A stretch of DNA of 64,000 nucleotides. It comes from the human T2T-CHM13v2.0 reference genome, Homo sapiens. Shown here one piece after another: positions 38,456-54,086 of the stretch (within the stretch, counting starts at the first letter, position 1; the number at the start of each line of letters is the position of its first letter). A program made the translations under genes and the position numbers. The notes under the pieces are model-generated. The model saw nothing but the letters and a program-made list of their open reading frames with translations, was not told the DNA's origin and did no database searches. The stretch is from assembly GCF_009914755.1 (NCBI RefSeq), contig NC_060928.1. One strand, given 5' to 3'.

Positions 38456-39873
38456 CTGTTTCTCTTTTAATTAAGGATTGAATTGATTTATTTATAAGAA
38501 AATCATTTTGTATCTAGTATATTTATAAATGTATTTTCTGATATATGCTATATTTGAAGAAATAATTTGTTACTTTACTTATATTAAACAAACAAATTTC
38601 ATCTTTTAAAAATTACTTCACCGGGTTTTCAGAGATACATGAAAGCTATGAACTTATCAGATACTGAAAACAAGAGGGCTTGGTACAATTTGAGAGTTTT
38701 AAATATGTCAAATATAAAGCCCAACAGCAATAATTTTTTTCTGAAAGTATATTCTCATAAATATAATTCTCTTAACTAATATAAAAATGAAAACATTTTA
38801 AACATTAATTTAGCTTTTAGTTTCTTTAATTTTGTTAGGAATTACTACTAGAAGCTGTATTTTTCTAATAGGAATAAGAAATTGTGAGGTCTGCCTACAT
38901 TAATTTTTATTTTTGTTTAACAGGAACAGATGTTGAACTTTAAGGTTGCACCAGGAAACCAAGTGTTTGGAGAAAAGCTGTGCCAAGATTTAAGAGAGAA
39001 TATGTGAACCAAACACAGCAAGAAATCAATGACAAACTTAAACAACTTGATAATTTCTCTAAAGAAAGGCTGAGATATAAACTTGGCTTTGTTACCTACA
39101 GTAAACACTATCCTCAGAATAGCTAGGGGGTACTGGGACTTACTGTAATTTCACACAACTAATACGAAGTATTTCTTTGGTGCCTATGATATTTAAGGCC
39201 GTAGGAATTATACAACACCTAAAAAGGTACTATTAAAGGAGTTAAATCATTTACACATGAGTAAAATGAAGGATCATATGTGAGCAATTAATTTTTTACT
39301 ATTATTTGTAAGTTTATCTATTTTCTTTCTCCCATGCTGAATGTTCAGAAATGTTGACAAAAATACTGGAAAATTACTAGAGCTTTGGTGAACAGGATGA
39401 GAAGTTGCTCATTCTTAGCAGAAGCTGTAGAAATGGTATACTTTAAACCATTTTTAATGACAATGTATAGACACAAAAGTTTTTGACTTTGATGAAAACA
39501 TATTAAGGAAAAGGAGTAGCCAGCAGACAGGTGCACAGAAGATGGCATTTTTGTTGTTGTTGTTCTATGTGCATCTTCAGACCCCACATCTCACTGCGGG
39601 ATCTTACTCTCAGCCTTCATCCTTCTGAAAGATGATTGTGGCTACCGTCTGTACATTACTTATTATATAGAGTACTTGAAAAATAGATAATATTTACTTG
39701 CTATAAACCTTTTAGATGTTTTAGAAAAAAGAAAGCAAAACTAAAGAGAGGAGGACTTTTTTTGATAAATAGCAGACTGATACTCATGTGGCAAATGCCT
39801 TCTTAAGTCAGTATATACCCATCCTGCCCCACTCTCTATTGCACAGATAAGTTCATTTTGTGGCTGTTAATAG

Positions 39874-40208
<335 letters not shown>

Positions 40209-41304
40209 CCAGGATGCTGTTATGTGAGTAGCTGTAGAACTCTTACACAGAAACCACGCATAAGGAAAGAAAATACTGGCTCTTAAAAGGCATACATTGC
40301 TAGTATAATTCATATTTAGATTACCCCCCAAATATTGGAGTGCTACAAAGGCTGTGGTAAATGATGTTATCTAAACTGAAAAATCCATCATGCCTCTATA
40401 GATACCTATATTTGGAAGAGTGAAGTTTGAAGACAAAGACAGTAGTTTTGTGGGTTTAAGAATAAAAGACTGAGAATATTTAAACAGTAAAAACAGCAGT
40501 TAACCTTAAAGAGGCTCTTCACGAATAACTTGCCTCAAGAAAAGGATCTAGGCCACTGGAAATAAGTACACTGGAAAAATACAATTATATGCAATTGAAA
40601 TAACATAGTGTGACTGAGCTGAATGAAGGTGGCTTACACCATTTATGTGGCACTTTAAGACTCAAACCAGAGGCAAAAGTTGAAAGGCCATTTATTCAAT
40701 TCACAACCAAATTAAAACGTACACAACCAATGTTCCCTAAAAATAACCATCTGAATTAACATTTAACAATTTGAAATAAAGGGATGCTTTTTCAACAGAC
40801 AATATACGTTTAATGACTAAATTGGAACATACCTAGTTGACAGTTAATTTCTATTGAATACTCTTCATAGGATTTTCTAGTTTATATTGAGTCAAAAAAC
40901 CAAGAAACCAATACCATAAATGAAAAGATGCAGAGAAAAAAAGCCATTATTATTTCATCAGTAGGAGTCCAAAAGATTAGAACAAGTGAAGCTACTTCTA
41001 GTGGGATGAACTATTGATATAATTAAGGTATTATAGAAACTCACCAAATCAAGCTATGAATAAACCAATTCTTTTAATTCACCAGCCTGCAGTTTGTACC
41101 ATATGATGTTTCTCTCTCTCTTCCTTTTTCTTTTCTTTGAATAATAATATGTTGTAATAATCAGTAAAAGTGTCAAAGAAAAAATAAAACTTTTATGGTG
41201 ATATAGTATTTTATAACAAATAATACCAAATTAATTTGATAAAGTAATATCAAACATGACTTTAGGCCTTTGCTGTTGATAAAATAATGTGAAATATAAC
41301 TTTA

Positions 41305-41620
41305 GACTTGCCCTATTCATTACTATAACTTTGGTCAGTCACATGTGGCTATTGAACTCTTCAAATGGTTTAGTCCGAATTAAGATGTGCTATAAGTATA
41401 AAATATGCACAGAATATCAAAGGAAAAATGTAAACTATTTCATTTCATTAACAATTTTTATATTGATTACATATGGAAAGGATGATATTTTTGCTACATT
41501 GGGCTAAATAAATATATTGTAAAGTCAATTATTACCTATTACTTTCTCCATCTCTAAATATGCCTAGTAGAAAATTTAAAATTATATATGCAATCACTTA
41601 TTTCTACTAGACATCATTGT
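41305..41620. mobile_element. MER33-like hAT-Charlie DNA transposon remnant
   Basis: 'cacatgtggctattga...gtccgaattaagatgtgctataagtataaaata...tattgattacat...agaaaatttaaaatta'. Confidence 0.75.
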
Positions 41621-41999
41621 TTTATAGTGCTAGGATATTAGTTAAGATGTTAGAATAAATGAAGAAGTTTTATGTTCTAGAATTTGATCCAGTATGATGT
41701 ATGAAAATCTTACTACTTATAGCAAAACATAGCCCACACTTTTTATAATAAATTATTTTGAAGTTTTCTAAAAGAAAACATGCGTGTAATATTATATTTC
41801 AAAACTTAGGTGGCTATTTTAATATAAAGTTGATACAACTAAAATCAGGCATGAGAGATTTGATTTTTGGCATTTGTAATTAAAATGATGTAGAATTTTA
41901 TTGAAATATTGATGACTTCAAAATCTTTGAAGGAGGATCATTCAATTACCTGACTTGTTAGTTCTTTTTCTTTTTCTCCTCCAATAAGCTTGTCTTTAC

Positions 42000-42600
42000 C
42001 CTCGCTTCAGCTACCTACTATTAGTCACAGCCCATACTTTTTCCTACAGTACTTTCAATTTCCTCACTCATAATCTGCTTAAAACATTCAACTCTCCACC
42101 TCCTTCTATTATTCTAGTTTTTTCCCTCCAGAACCCCAATTCTAACAGTCATTCAACACACTGGAAACTACAGTTATGGATCTTACAACTCTTTTATAAG
42201 TATCAGCCTCATTCTTCCCACTGTACACACCTGAAAGTTCATGATCAGTCATTAAACTCACTTTGTTTCACATGTCCTCTGATATCTTGCTCCTTACTTG
42301 TCTAAACCCTAATCCCTTTAAAAGTTAACTCTCTGGCCACTGCTGCTGAACATGGCTGGAGAAAGACACGCATCCACTATATGGGTCTCATTTTAAACTA
42401 AAGATCATTTATTTGAGGAAGGTCCTTGATGTTGCTCAGAAATGAGATTATACTTCCCTTTACTCTTTCAATTCTTCTCTCCCACCATGTATCCAATAAC
42501 TCCACCTTCATCCCAAGTCCCTGTTAGTGACCTTCTTTACGGTTGCAGTGAAGAAAGCAAAGCTTTCCTGAAGACTCCACTACCGCAATCCTTTATTTTG
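42000..42600 (+). mobile_element. L2 LINE remnant
   Basis: C/T-rich degenerate sequence with the L2-like 'gctgaacatggctggagaaagacac...cattttaaa'. Confidence 0.45.
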
Positions 42601-42713
42601 AAAGCAGTATTATCTAGAGCTTTTGCGACACAGACCCAGAGAACAGAGACCATTAATCTTCAACACAATGTATCTGAAAGTATTGTTAAAATAGTTGTCA
42701 AATGGCAAATGCT

Positions 42714-42800
42714 TATTTTTATTTTTTTTTGAGACAGAGTCTCACTCTGTCACCCAGGCTGGAGTGCAGTGATACGATCATCACTCACTGCAGTCTTGAA
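42714..42800 (-). mobile_element. AluJ/FLAM fragment
   Basis: 'tttgagacagagtctcactctgtcacccaggctggagtgcagtg...ctcactgcagtcttgaa'. Confidence 0.88.
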
Positions 42801-43666
42801 GGCAAATGAATGAATAAAATATAATGTGTCAGTGGGATTTTCCCCTCTTATTCCACCAAATAACTTTCTTTTGTATTAATTTGTAAAATAATACATTACC
42901 AATTTCTATTTTATTTTGTTTTCAAGAATGGCTTATTTTCTTCCAGAATCCTTTGTTTATTTTTAGTCACAAATAGACAAAAAATTTGCTACTAATAGAA
43001 AGTAATCAATAATTTAATTTAATGTTTTGGAAAACAATAATATATGAAACTTGAATTACTATTTATATCATTTGTAATTAAAAATATTTTACACAAGTAT
43101 TTAATTTAATTTATTATATTGACCACTTTCTCAAAATGACCTCAAATTTACGAATTTTATGAACTTATTTTTTATAATTTTTCCCTTTTGAGAGAACCTC
43201 TTTTGAAAAAAATATTTTATTTACATATTTTTGAATTTGCTTTTGTTTTCAAAAAGAAGCACTTTTTTATGTAACCTTTATTAACTCAATTTTCACACTG
43301 TCCGACATTAATTGCTAAATATGCCTTCCTTTTTGTCACATGATTCACAATAAGCTTCATAGATTATAAGTCAATGTCCTTGAGTTACTCAATGTAAGAA
43401 TTTTCAGAGACATTAAAAATTATCTTGTTCATTTCTCTGATTCCCATTATAATGCATCAAGAAAGTACTACAGATTTTGTTGTATTTATTGCAAGATTGT
43501 CACTGATTTCAAAGATAGTTTAAAAGCACATACTTTTAGATAGGAAACATAGCTGTGATATAATTTTGTTCACCATGTCATAAAATACATGTGAAAACTG
43601 CTACCCAGAGTTCCCAAAGCTTTGCCCACTAACTTGTACAAGTAATGCTGTTTTTTTGTTTTGTTG

Positions 43667-44282
<616 letters not shown>

Positions 44283-44717
44283 AATGCTGGGTTTTATGTC
44301 CCATAAACTTAATCTAATTTTTTGTCACTGACAGTTTAATGTAACAAAAATCTTCATTAGTCAATATTATTTAAAAATTACCTAAATAGCTACGTTTTAG
44401 GCGCCTAAGAAACAAAAGGAGTTAGCATATTCTTTAATTCAGTCTAATTCAACTAGTTATTGAAAGATTCCATATGAAAGTTAGTAGGCTGAGTGTTGAC
44501 AGTGAAGGATAGCACCCTGATCACTCTGGTTCCTGCTCTCAAGTGTCTTATAACTGGGTTTGGCCTGGAAGAAAGACACATTTGAAATTATTCTGTGACT
44601 CCAAAAATTCAAATAAACTGGTTCTATTTGATAAATGTAAAAGATTTGCCTTTAGATTCTTCAATAAATGCCTTAAGACTATTAATACTTTCAATTTTAA
44701 TAGTGACTCTTAAATTC

Positions 44718-44962
44718 ATGTGGTATGCTAGAAAGAAAAATAACTTTTGAGTGATGCAGGCCTAAGTTTAAATTAGTTTCTGCAACTTAATGGTGTCTGG
44801 CTGTGGGCAAAATTTTACCCTCTTTCCTGTCTTGGTTTCTTAATTTCTGGACCGTAAATAAATATCACCCTTTCAGATTAGCTGTAAGGATTATATGTTA
44901 GGTTTACAGGTGCCTGCACAGTGCTTGAAAGTCATTTAGCACGCAAAATACGGTAGCTATTT
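44718..44962 (+). mobile_element. MIR SINE
   Basis: 'tctgcaactta...tgggcaaaattttaccctct...ggtttctt...taaggatt...cagtgcttg...ggtagctatt'. Confidence 0.6.
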
Positions 44963-46099
44963 CTCTAGTATAATGTCTAAGTAGTAACAGATGCATGTTA
45001 TTGAGTTTCTCAGAGATGCTGGAAGAAGTTAACATTTAAAAAATAATAAAAAAGAAGAGAAACATATTTCTTCTCAAACCTAATCAAATTCCACCAATTA
45101 ATTATTCAACATTTGAGTGTTTGAGACAATTAGGGTAAAAACAACAAAAATAGGAGATTGAAAATAGAAAAAAAAAAGCTTTTCCCTAGAGATTCTCAAG
45201 AATACTATTTAAAGAAGGGAAGAAGTGAAAACAAATCCATAGATTATCACAGAATTGCAAAAGTGAGAATGTTTTTATAAGTTACATAATACAAATCTCT
45301 TGTTGTATAGCTGAGAAAACCAAGGCCAAGACAACTTGGATTAATTCCTGTAGTCAACATAGTGAATGAGTTGAAGACTGTAAGTTTTCTTGCCCTCTGC
45401 CAAGACCTCTTACAAGACCAAGAGCCACGCCTACTTGGAAAAACACACACTGAAACATAGAGATTTACACCATACACAGAAATGAAGAAAGAGAAAAAAT
45501 GCTAAAAAATAGAAAGTTAAAGTAAGAAGCTTAAAAATAATTTACAGGTAAAACATTGATAAACGTTATATTTCTTTATGTATCTTTACTACTCTCTTCA
45601 AACAATTTACATAATCTTCATTCTAATCACATGATTAAGACCATTTGATTTCTAAGAAGTTATTTATTCTTTCTTTATTCATTTATTAATGTGGTATTTT
45701 TCAGACTATTTGATAACTACCATTACTTATGCTTATCATATAATCAATGAACCATTATTCACTACTGAAAAACTATCCAAATTGCCATTGATAATCAGTC
45801 TCTTCGTGGTAGTCTTAAACAAAATGATTTGTTTTACACGTACCATATTTGTAACTAGGGCACACATGGAAACCTGGGACATTTTTGCTAATTAGGTATG
45901 ATTTATAAATGTGATATTGAATATCTGTTATATCTTGATGTATGCTAATAAGTGAAGTTCATATTCATATGCAATTCAAGTTTGATTTCCTAATTTTTCA
46001 TTTATTTGAGATTAATATCCAACATTGTGAATATAGCTAATAGTCGAGTATTGTACATATACATTTTACTCAGAGAAAATTTCAAATGTTTTATTCACT

Positions 46100-46256
46100 A
46101 ATTGTTAAATATTTGAGGTGAGGAATATGTAATAAATTTAATTTCATCATTCCACATTATGATAAAAAATCATAACACCACTTTGTACCCTATAAACATA
46201 TTATACCTGTAATTTGTCAATATAAAAATAACATTTAAGTTTCAAAACTAAAAAAA
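46100..46256 (+). mobile_element. L1MA 3'UTR fragment
   Basis: 'tttgaggtga..atatgt...catcattccaca...cataacaccactttgtaccctataaa...aatttgtcaat'. Confidence 0.65.
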
Positions 46257-46313
46257 TCCCTTTTTATGTACCACATTTATTTATAATTAATGTAACAATA
46301 GAACATTAATAAT

Positions 46314-46681
46314 TGCCTTAATCTATTTGGGCTTCTATGACAAAGTACCACAGACAGGGTGGCTTATAAACAACAGATATATATATTTTTTTCTTACAGT
46401 TCTTGAAGCTGGGAAGTTCATGATCAAATCTGGCAAACTCAAGGTCTGCTGAGCGCTCATTTTCTAGTTCAAAGATGATGTATTTTCACTAGCTGTGTCC
46501 TCACATGACAAAGGGACAAAGGATCATTCAGAGGCCTCTTTTATAAGGCCCTTTGTCCTACTCATGAATGTTCCCATCAGGACCTAATCACTGACCAAAA
46601 GCCCCACCTCCTAATACTATCACACTGGGTGTTAGGTTTCAATATAAAAATTTTGGAGACACAGACATTCAGTCAAGATCA
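46314..46681 (-). mobile_element. MLT1A-like MaLR solo LTR
   Basis: 'taccacagacagggtggcttataaacaacag...gccccacctcctaatactatcacactggg...gacacagacattcag'. Confidence 0.85.
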
Positions 46682-46744
46682 CACATCAATTCAATTCTGC
46701 TTGTTAGAAAATATTTTTTAAAAGAACGAATTTGTGTGTGTGCA

Positions 46745-47332
46745 TTTTTTTTTATTATTATACTTTAAGTTTTAGGGTACATGTGCACAATGTGCAGGTT
46801 AGTTACATATGAATACATGTGCAATGTTGGTGTGCTGCACCCATTAACTCGTCATTTAACATTAGGTGTATCTCCTAATGCTATCCCTCCCCCCTCCCCC
46901 CACCCCACAACAGGCCCCAGTGTGTGATGTTCCCCTCCCTGTGTCCATGTGTTCTCATTTTTCAACTCCCACTTACGAGTGAGAACATGCGGTGTTTGGT
47001 TTTTTGTCCTTGCAATAGTTTGCTGAGAATGATGGTTTCCAGCTTCATCCATGTCCCTAAAAAGGACATGAACTCATCATTTTTTACGGCTGCATAGTAT
47101 TCCATGGTGTATATGTGCCACATTTTCTTAATCCAGTCTATCATTGTTGGACATTTGGGTTGGTTTCAAGTCTTTGCTATTGTGAATAGTGCCGCAATAA
47201 ACATACATGTGCATGTGTCTTTATAGCAGCATGATTTATAATCCTTTGGGTATATACCCAGTAATGGGATGGCTGGGTCAAATGGTATTTCTAGTTCTAG
47301 ATCCCTGAGGAATCGCCACACTGACTTCCACA
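46745..47332 (-). mobile_element. L1PA (PA3-5-like) 5'-truncated 3' end
   Basis: 'ttattatactttaagttttagggtacatgtgcacaatgtgcagg'. ORF2 peptide MIDWIKKMWHIYTMEYYAA on minus. Confidence 0.95.
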
Positions 47333-48203
47333 AAGATTATAGAAATTTTAAATCTAATAACTTGAGTTTATTAAAAAACCAAAACTAGCATCTCATGGAT
47401 GAAAAAAAAGTTTTCTTTATTCATTCTATCAAAAAACAAAGGTATTACAGGAGGTGAGATATCTGCCCTCCAGAGATGATGAACATTTTGGGGGTGACAA
47501 AAATCATGTGGTTTATTGTCAAATTTATGCTAGCATCCAAATTGCCTGGCATTATAATTGTATATTATTCTGATTTTAAGATACACATTTTTTAAATGGT
47601 TTCATGGATTAAATAATATTCAGCAAAAAAATAGCCTAAAGATATTGCATTTCTGCCACGTTCCATTGAAGTTCATAAACCTACTACTGCTACACACACA
47701 CAACAGGCACATACACACATATTTTTAATCCTCAAAATATCACGCAACAATCTTTTGTAGTTGAATTTAATAGGCTCCTTAATTTTCAAGAAAATATGTT
47801 ACATTACCTCAATTGATTTTTTGATATGTAAGAATTTTCCTCTATTGGTTTTTGCTATGAGAAGTCAAATAGTGTCAGTGTACTCCAGGCTATTTCCAGG
47901 GAATAGAACCTCAAAATACTCAAATCATAATGTAAGGTTATAATGGATAAGTAATGCTCATAAAGGATTGACTGAGAGATAAGTAATACATATATTTCTG
48001 TACTTGTCTAATATTCATTGGAAGATCTAGGTGGTCCACCACAGGATTATACTATTGATTGGGTTATTATTTCTATCTTCTCCAAATCTGAATCCTTTTA
48101 AACATTTATTTTTTAGTAGTAGTTACCCTCTTTCTGATACAGGGCCGCTAAAATAAAAGTAAAAAATACATTCATTTCAGCATTGTTCTTCAAGATATTG
48201 CTG

Positions 48204-48217
48204 TCTCTCTCTATCTC

Positions 48218-48255
<38 letters not shown>

Positions 48256-48267
48256 TATACACACATA
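48204..48267. repeat. (CT)n/(CA)n microsatellite
   Basis: Directly visible. Confidence 0.95.
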
Positions 48268-48992
48268 TGGAAAGTTTTTCTAAAAAGTCAGTGCTAGAAA
48301 AAGAATTATTTTCCTGAAATCTTGTTAGGTATTAAATGTTTAATACTGTCAACATACTTTATTTTTTGCATTTTGCTTAGGTGGTCAGTAAGCTCATATT
48401 CAGACTATTTTTCTTCACAAAAGATACATATTGTGCCGAAGCAGGTGACATGTGCTTCTTTTGAATCTCTCTTGATTTTGATAATTTATAATTAATTAAA
48501 TAATCAATTAATTATTTCAGTTTATCTCATATTTTTTATCCAAAATAATTATATTTAAATGCTTATGATTTTGTAAGTTATATTTATTCTTGCTTGGCTC
48601 AAAGAAAGAATAATTTAGCAAATACAAAATTTAAATCAAATGGTTTGATCAAAAACATGCTTACCCAATTAGTTTCTGTAGCACGTATTTTAAGACTACG
48701 ATCATCATATATTTTATTTCCTCCAGTCTGTATACATCCACTGATAATTTTGACAAAATTATTAAGAAAAATCAAATGTTTGAATATTAATCAAATGCTC
48801 TTTTTCAAGGAAAATGGCTCTGACATATTAGTCTTTTGATTTATTTCTTGCCTGTACACTAGAGATTTACATTGATTTGCTCAAATCCGTGGTGAGCTTA
48901 TTGAAACTAGAAACTGCCTTATTCTTCATTATACCTCCTGTGCCATACATGATGCTTTACGCAAATACGTGTTTTAAATTATTTGTTGGGTG

Positions 48993-49805
48993 TGATACAG
49001 GATGGGGGCAGGGAAGTGCTGGGAAGAGAAGGGCAAAGACCCTGGATAGGGCTCCATTCTCTAGCCTGTGCCCACGAACCTAAGTGAGAACAGGCACTCC
49101 TCTTTTCACGCCCCAGTGTTACATTCTCCAAGACCACTCTAGCCCGCCATGCCCCCCATTCTGTGCCCGTAGAAACCTGAGACCTTAAGTGGTCGCAGAC
49201 ACAAGTGGCTGGGCGTCAAGAGGAAAATGGGAGCACACTAGCAGACACCAGAGACACCAGCCGACCAGCAATGGCAGAAAGACGCAGACCCCAGGGGAAT
49301 TCAGCCAGGGACAGTCGGGGAAGAGTCCAGCCCCTGGGCGGCGGGACTCCGGGAGAAGATCACATTCCCATTCCATCTTCCGCTTCTGGCTCCCCATCCA
49401 TGTAGCTGAGAGCCACCTCCACCATTCAATAAACCTTGCGTTCAACGTTCCAGCCCACTTGTGATCTGGTTCTTCAGGTACTCTGGGCAAGAACTCAGGC
49501 TGTCACACTGGCGCCCCTGTCGTTGCGATGAGGCAGAGAGTCCATTGGGCTGAGTAACACAATCCATCTGCAGACCGCATAGCTGAAAGAGCACACTGTA
49601 ACACACGCCCACCTGGGCTTTGGGAGTTGTAAACACTCACTCCTAGACTCTGCCAAGTGCGGTCACAGCTCAAAAATGCTTCCCACGACCTTTGCACCTG
49701 TCTATCTGTGTGCTGCCCCTAGGAGTCTCAGCAGTGGACCACATAAGAACTGAGCTACACTCCTATCACCCTCTGTGATGGGGATAAGGCAACACTCCTG
49801 TTTCA
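48993..49805 (+). mobile_element. ERV1 solo LTR (LTR1/LTR27/28 group)
   Basis: Starts 'tgatacagga..gggcagggaagtgctggg', contains 'gctgagagccacctcccaccattcaataaa' and 'gagcacactgtaacacacgccca', ends 'ctcctgtttca'. Confidence 0.85.
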
Positions 49806-51093
49806 AACGGACACTCAAAATGATACGCTATATTGTCAAAATTGTATGCTAAAACTAAGTTTTAGTTAATTTTAGGATGACAGTGAAAGGTAATATTCTG
49901 GGATACTCGAACACATTATAAAAGTAACAAAAACAGTTTAATGGCTTATTTATTTATGTTATAAAATTGTCATTTAGATGTTTACTCAAGAAAGTAATTC
50001 ATGACATATCAAGTGTTTGACTATACAGCATTTTTAACAATAAATTTACTTTTATTGATATAGTTTACTATAGAGATTTTACTCAGTTGATGTTATAATG
50101 TTCTAAAATTAGATTTCTTGGTTTTGTGCCAATATAATCAAAATGGTTAAAATAAAAAAATATGAAAATTATGTTTCTTAAAATGGTCAAAATTTGAAAA
50201 GTAGTGAAAATTATATTGCAAAAAGTCTTTAAAAACTTTGCTGATTCCTTTGTTTCAGTCCTATTAAACTTACCCATCTTTCTTTAATTCATATACTATG
50301 AAATTTGAGATTTAATGCAAAATTATAAATCATATGATATATTAGTGAACACACTATTAATATCTCATTCTCAGAAAAATAGATGGAGTTTCAAGCATTA
50401 CAAAACAATTATATAATTTTCAACAAACATAAAATAACTTTAAGTGACATCGTTGAAATAGCAATCATCTTAGCAAAAACACAGCCAGAATTTTCAAAGA
50501 GCATAAAGATATAACATATAAATAAAAAAATAAGATAAAATAATCACTGATATAATAAACAAGAAAATTTCATACTCATCATAACATTCCTGATTCTTAA
50601 GGTAATAGATTTTTGAGGAATGAATATGTTGGGCAGTATTATTAGTTGCTCATGTCTTCAAAATTAAAAAAAAAGAAATTGGTGTTTATCTATAGTTTGC
50701 TCTGACATGCCAGAATCTCAATTCTCAATAGACTTGAAAATAGATAAGATACTTGAGGGATGAGGGCCAGGAGCAAACAACACATTGTTTTTATTCTGTA
50801 AGAGCTGAAATAAACTCAATCAGAAACCCAGAAGACAGTTCACAAAGGGCATCTGAGAAGAGTAAAATGTAGCTTCCTAATGAATAGATTCATGGACCAT
50901 GTTTTTCTAAACAGCAATATTTATTGAAAGTTCCAAATATCTTGAGTCATAGATTTGGGTTCACAAAACTAATTACTAATCAATATTTTTTGCTTTCTAT
51001 CATGTAATCTTTTTCATTAGATATACTATAAATTCTAAGGTTATTATTAAGATTACCAGATACCTGGAGAGATGGAAGACCTATTGCATAAAA

Positions 51094-51317
51094 CAGGGGT
51101 AGCCAATCTTTTGACTTCTGCGGGCCACACTGGAAGAAGCAGAATTCACTTGGGCCACACATAAAATACACTAACACCAACGATAGCTGATGAGCTAAAA
51201 AAAAAATTGCAAAAAAATCTCATAATGTTTTAAGAAAATTTACGAGTTTGTGTTAAGCTGCATTCAAAGCTATCCTGGGGTGCATGTGGCCCATGGGCTA
51301 TGGGTTGGACAAGGTTG
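51094..51317. mobile_element. MER30 hAT-Charlie MITE
   Basis: 'caggggt..ccaatcttttg.cttc..gggccaca.tggaagaag...gatagctgatgagctaaaaaa...gggttggacaag.ttg'. Confidence 0.9.
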
Positions 51318-54035
51318 TGTAATAGACAGTAAGTGTAATGAACAGCTATGTCTTAAAAGAGGTAGGATGTTTGCTTTCTTTTCAAAGATAAACACAAGGA
51401 AAAAATTGAACTACCACTGCAGTATAAAACTATTTCTAAGTAGGCAAATTTCATAAATAAAAAAGTAAAAATAAAACAAAGCATATGCATGAAATTTAAA
51501 TCTACCATGTCAAAAAAATAGAATAAAAGTAAGTCCAGCATAGGGAAATATTTAAATATCATTCAATATCAAAATATTTAAATCATGTTTGTAAAGATTA
51601 CCTAAAAGTTTTGGAAGATTAATTTTTACCTAGTTCATTAATATAAATATTCTCAAATTATTTTTTAACTGACAGAACTGCTAATTGTAAAGATATTACT
51701 TTATTTGTGTAGAGTGATGTATTGAATAATGTTGCCCATGTGTTTAGTAAAAGTTTTAATATTATATATGCATAATATAGTCTCATAAATTTTAGTGAGG
51801 TTAATTTGTTGGAAGCATCCTTAGTTTGAATCTGAAGGCCTATGATTAGCATCTGTTTGTCAGGAGCTATGTGATCAAATTACTTACACTATCCATTGTA
51901 ATAATATTATCTTCCTAGCTATATTACAAATATAGCATTAAATAGGACCATATATCAGGGCACACTCTGTAAATGTTTTTATACAAATGTCAAATATAGT
52001 TTTAGGGAGGTAGAGAATATATATATGAAATTTAAAAGATAGGTTTGTTACAGACACTATATAAATAGAACTTGATGGCTGACTAGATCAGAGGAAGGAG
52101 AGAAAAACGATAAAAAGAATATTAGTAGATTTGTTCCAAGATGTAAACTAAGTATCTAGGGTTAATATAGTTGCTCAGTCATTCCTGACTACTAAATGTA
52201 ATATAATCCAGGTTTAAAATTATATAACAAACTACTTAGACTGCCATTTTTATCAATATGGTGGGAAAATTGCCATGGTCTAGAAGGCATGGTCATAATT
52301 GGATATTTTTAGAAAATAGTCTCTTAGAATGAAAATAATAATAATAATTTAGACCTCCCTATTCAGAATAAAGGGTGATTTTGGGGTCACAGTGAATCCT
52401 GTAGCATGTTTGACTTGCTTACTCATTCTCAATTCAAACTGGAAACTTCCTATAAATGTTTTTGATTTACCTTTATTTTCTCTCCAATACTGTTGGTTTC
52501 ACTGAATAAAACATAGCTTTTTTGAAAAAAAAAATAGAATGATGAATAACTCTCTTGTACCATAAGACAAATTTGAATGGCCAAGCAGATGCCTAAATTG
52601 GAAAAGTGGCAATGTACAGCGGATAGAAGACAAAATGCTACATGATTAACCAAAGGAAAAAGTCTCATAAGATTTGCTTGGTAGCTATGGGTACTTTTGC
52701 TTCCAAAGCTGTGAAATATCGTGAAATATCATGATGGTGAAGAGGGAGGCTCTGGAAAGTGGCGCAGGATAGAGGACTGAGGGTTGGAGGAGTGCTCAGA
52801 GAAGGAAGCCTTAAATTTATTGCCCTTTAAGTATGTACTACTGTTTTAAAAACAATATTGTACAGTAAGCAAAGAGATGACTCTGAAATCTTAACATAGA
52901 TTAGTATAAAATTATAGAATCATTGCTATAAAAATGTACAAATACATGAAAATAATTGCAAAGTTAGAACTTCATCCCTAATTACAAAAAAATCTGTAAA
53001 ATTAGAATTTCCTGTTTAATAAGCCTACCATAAAAATAAAACACATCTTGAAGATTATATATGTATGCATATATGTAGTCATACATATATACAAAATGAG
53101 AATATTACACTTTTAAAGTGCTGAATCTATGAACTTAACTAATAAGATAGCTATGCTATTTGAAAGAAATGTTCAGCAATTAAATAAGTGATTATTAATA
53201 TCTGTGTGTATCAAGTAATCACTTTAAGACTGCGATTTGCTCTGATAAACAACTGCAGTTTATTTTAACAATCAATATTTCCCTGAATATAAGAATAGGC
53301 AAAATATATTTTGTTACATAAATAGTAATAGAGATAAAAACATAAAATTATCAAAGTAGCAAAAGAAAGTCTATTTATGGGAAATATAAAAGAAAATATT
53401 TTGTGACAGTCCTTCACCTGATAGACAAAAGCAGGGCTGTCACCGGATAATCAAAATCAACTTATTTTAAATTTAATATACCAAATTTATTTTATAGCAA
53501 TTATATAGGTTATTTTCCCATTTTGAAAGAATGAATAAATCAGATAATTTCTTGGTGGTTTGTTTCACTTTTCTTGAACAGGCAAAATATATGCAAATGT
53601 GAAGCCACTATATAAAACAGCAGAGAAAATTATATCCCTGGTTAAATATTTTCATATGTATTTAGTAGCAAAATATTATTCTTATAAGCGTTAACTCAGG
53701 GACAAAATACAGATTTTATGACATAAGAAATGAAAGGATAATAGTGTTCAATACTAAGAATTTTCTAGTGTTTTCATTGTGGAGAATTCTCCACTGAGAA
53801 AAAAGAATAGGTGTAAATAAATCTATTAAGCAGATATCAGAAATAAACATTTTATTTTCTCAATACAGTATAATTTAAGCAATGGAAATACAATATTTTG
53901 GTGACAATAACAGAAGTTATTACACCAGAATTGACAGCCATTTTTATTGCCTTCAGGGAATCTTAGTTATAGCAGCAGCAACACTTCATTTTAAGTTGCC
54001 TCTGGGGATCAGGTGAAATACACATGACTGTTTCC

Positions 54036-54086
54036 TTTTTTTTTTGAGACGGAGTCTTCCTCTGTCACCCAGGCTGGAGTGCGGAT
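54036..54086 (-). mobile_element. Ultra-short 5'-truncated Alu with TSD
   Basis: T10 + 'gagacggagtcttcctctgtcacccaggctggagtgc', flanked by cacatgactgttt at 54021 and 54087. Confidence 0.9.

Noticed and set aside
38900-39106. Exon-like segment: pyrimidine tract + 'aacag|G' at 38923 and weak donor 'gtaaac' at 39101
   Set aside because: Stops in all three frames and a poor donor. A lncRNA exon cannot be supported without RNA data.
53779-53794. 16-bp perfect palindrome gtggagaattctccac (and gggtgata-aa-tatcaccc near 24582)
   Set aside because: About one 8-bp-arm palindrome is expected by chance in 64 kb.
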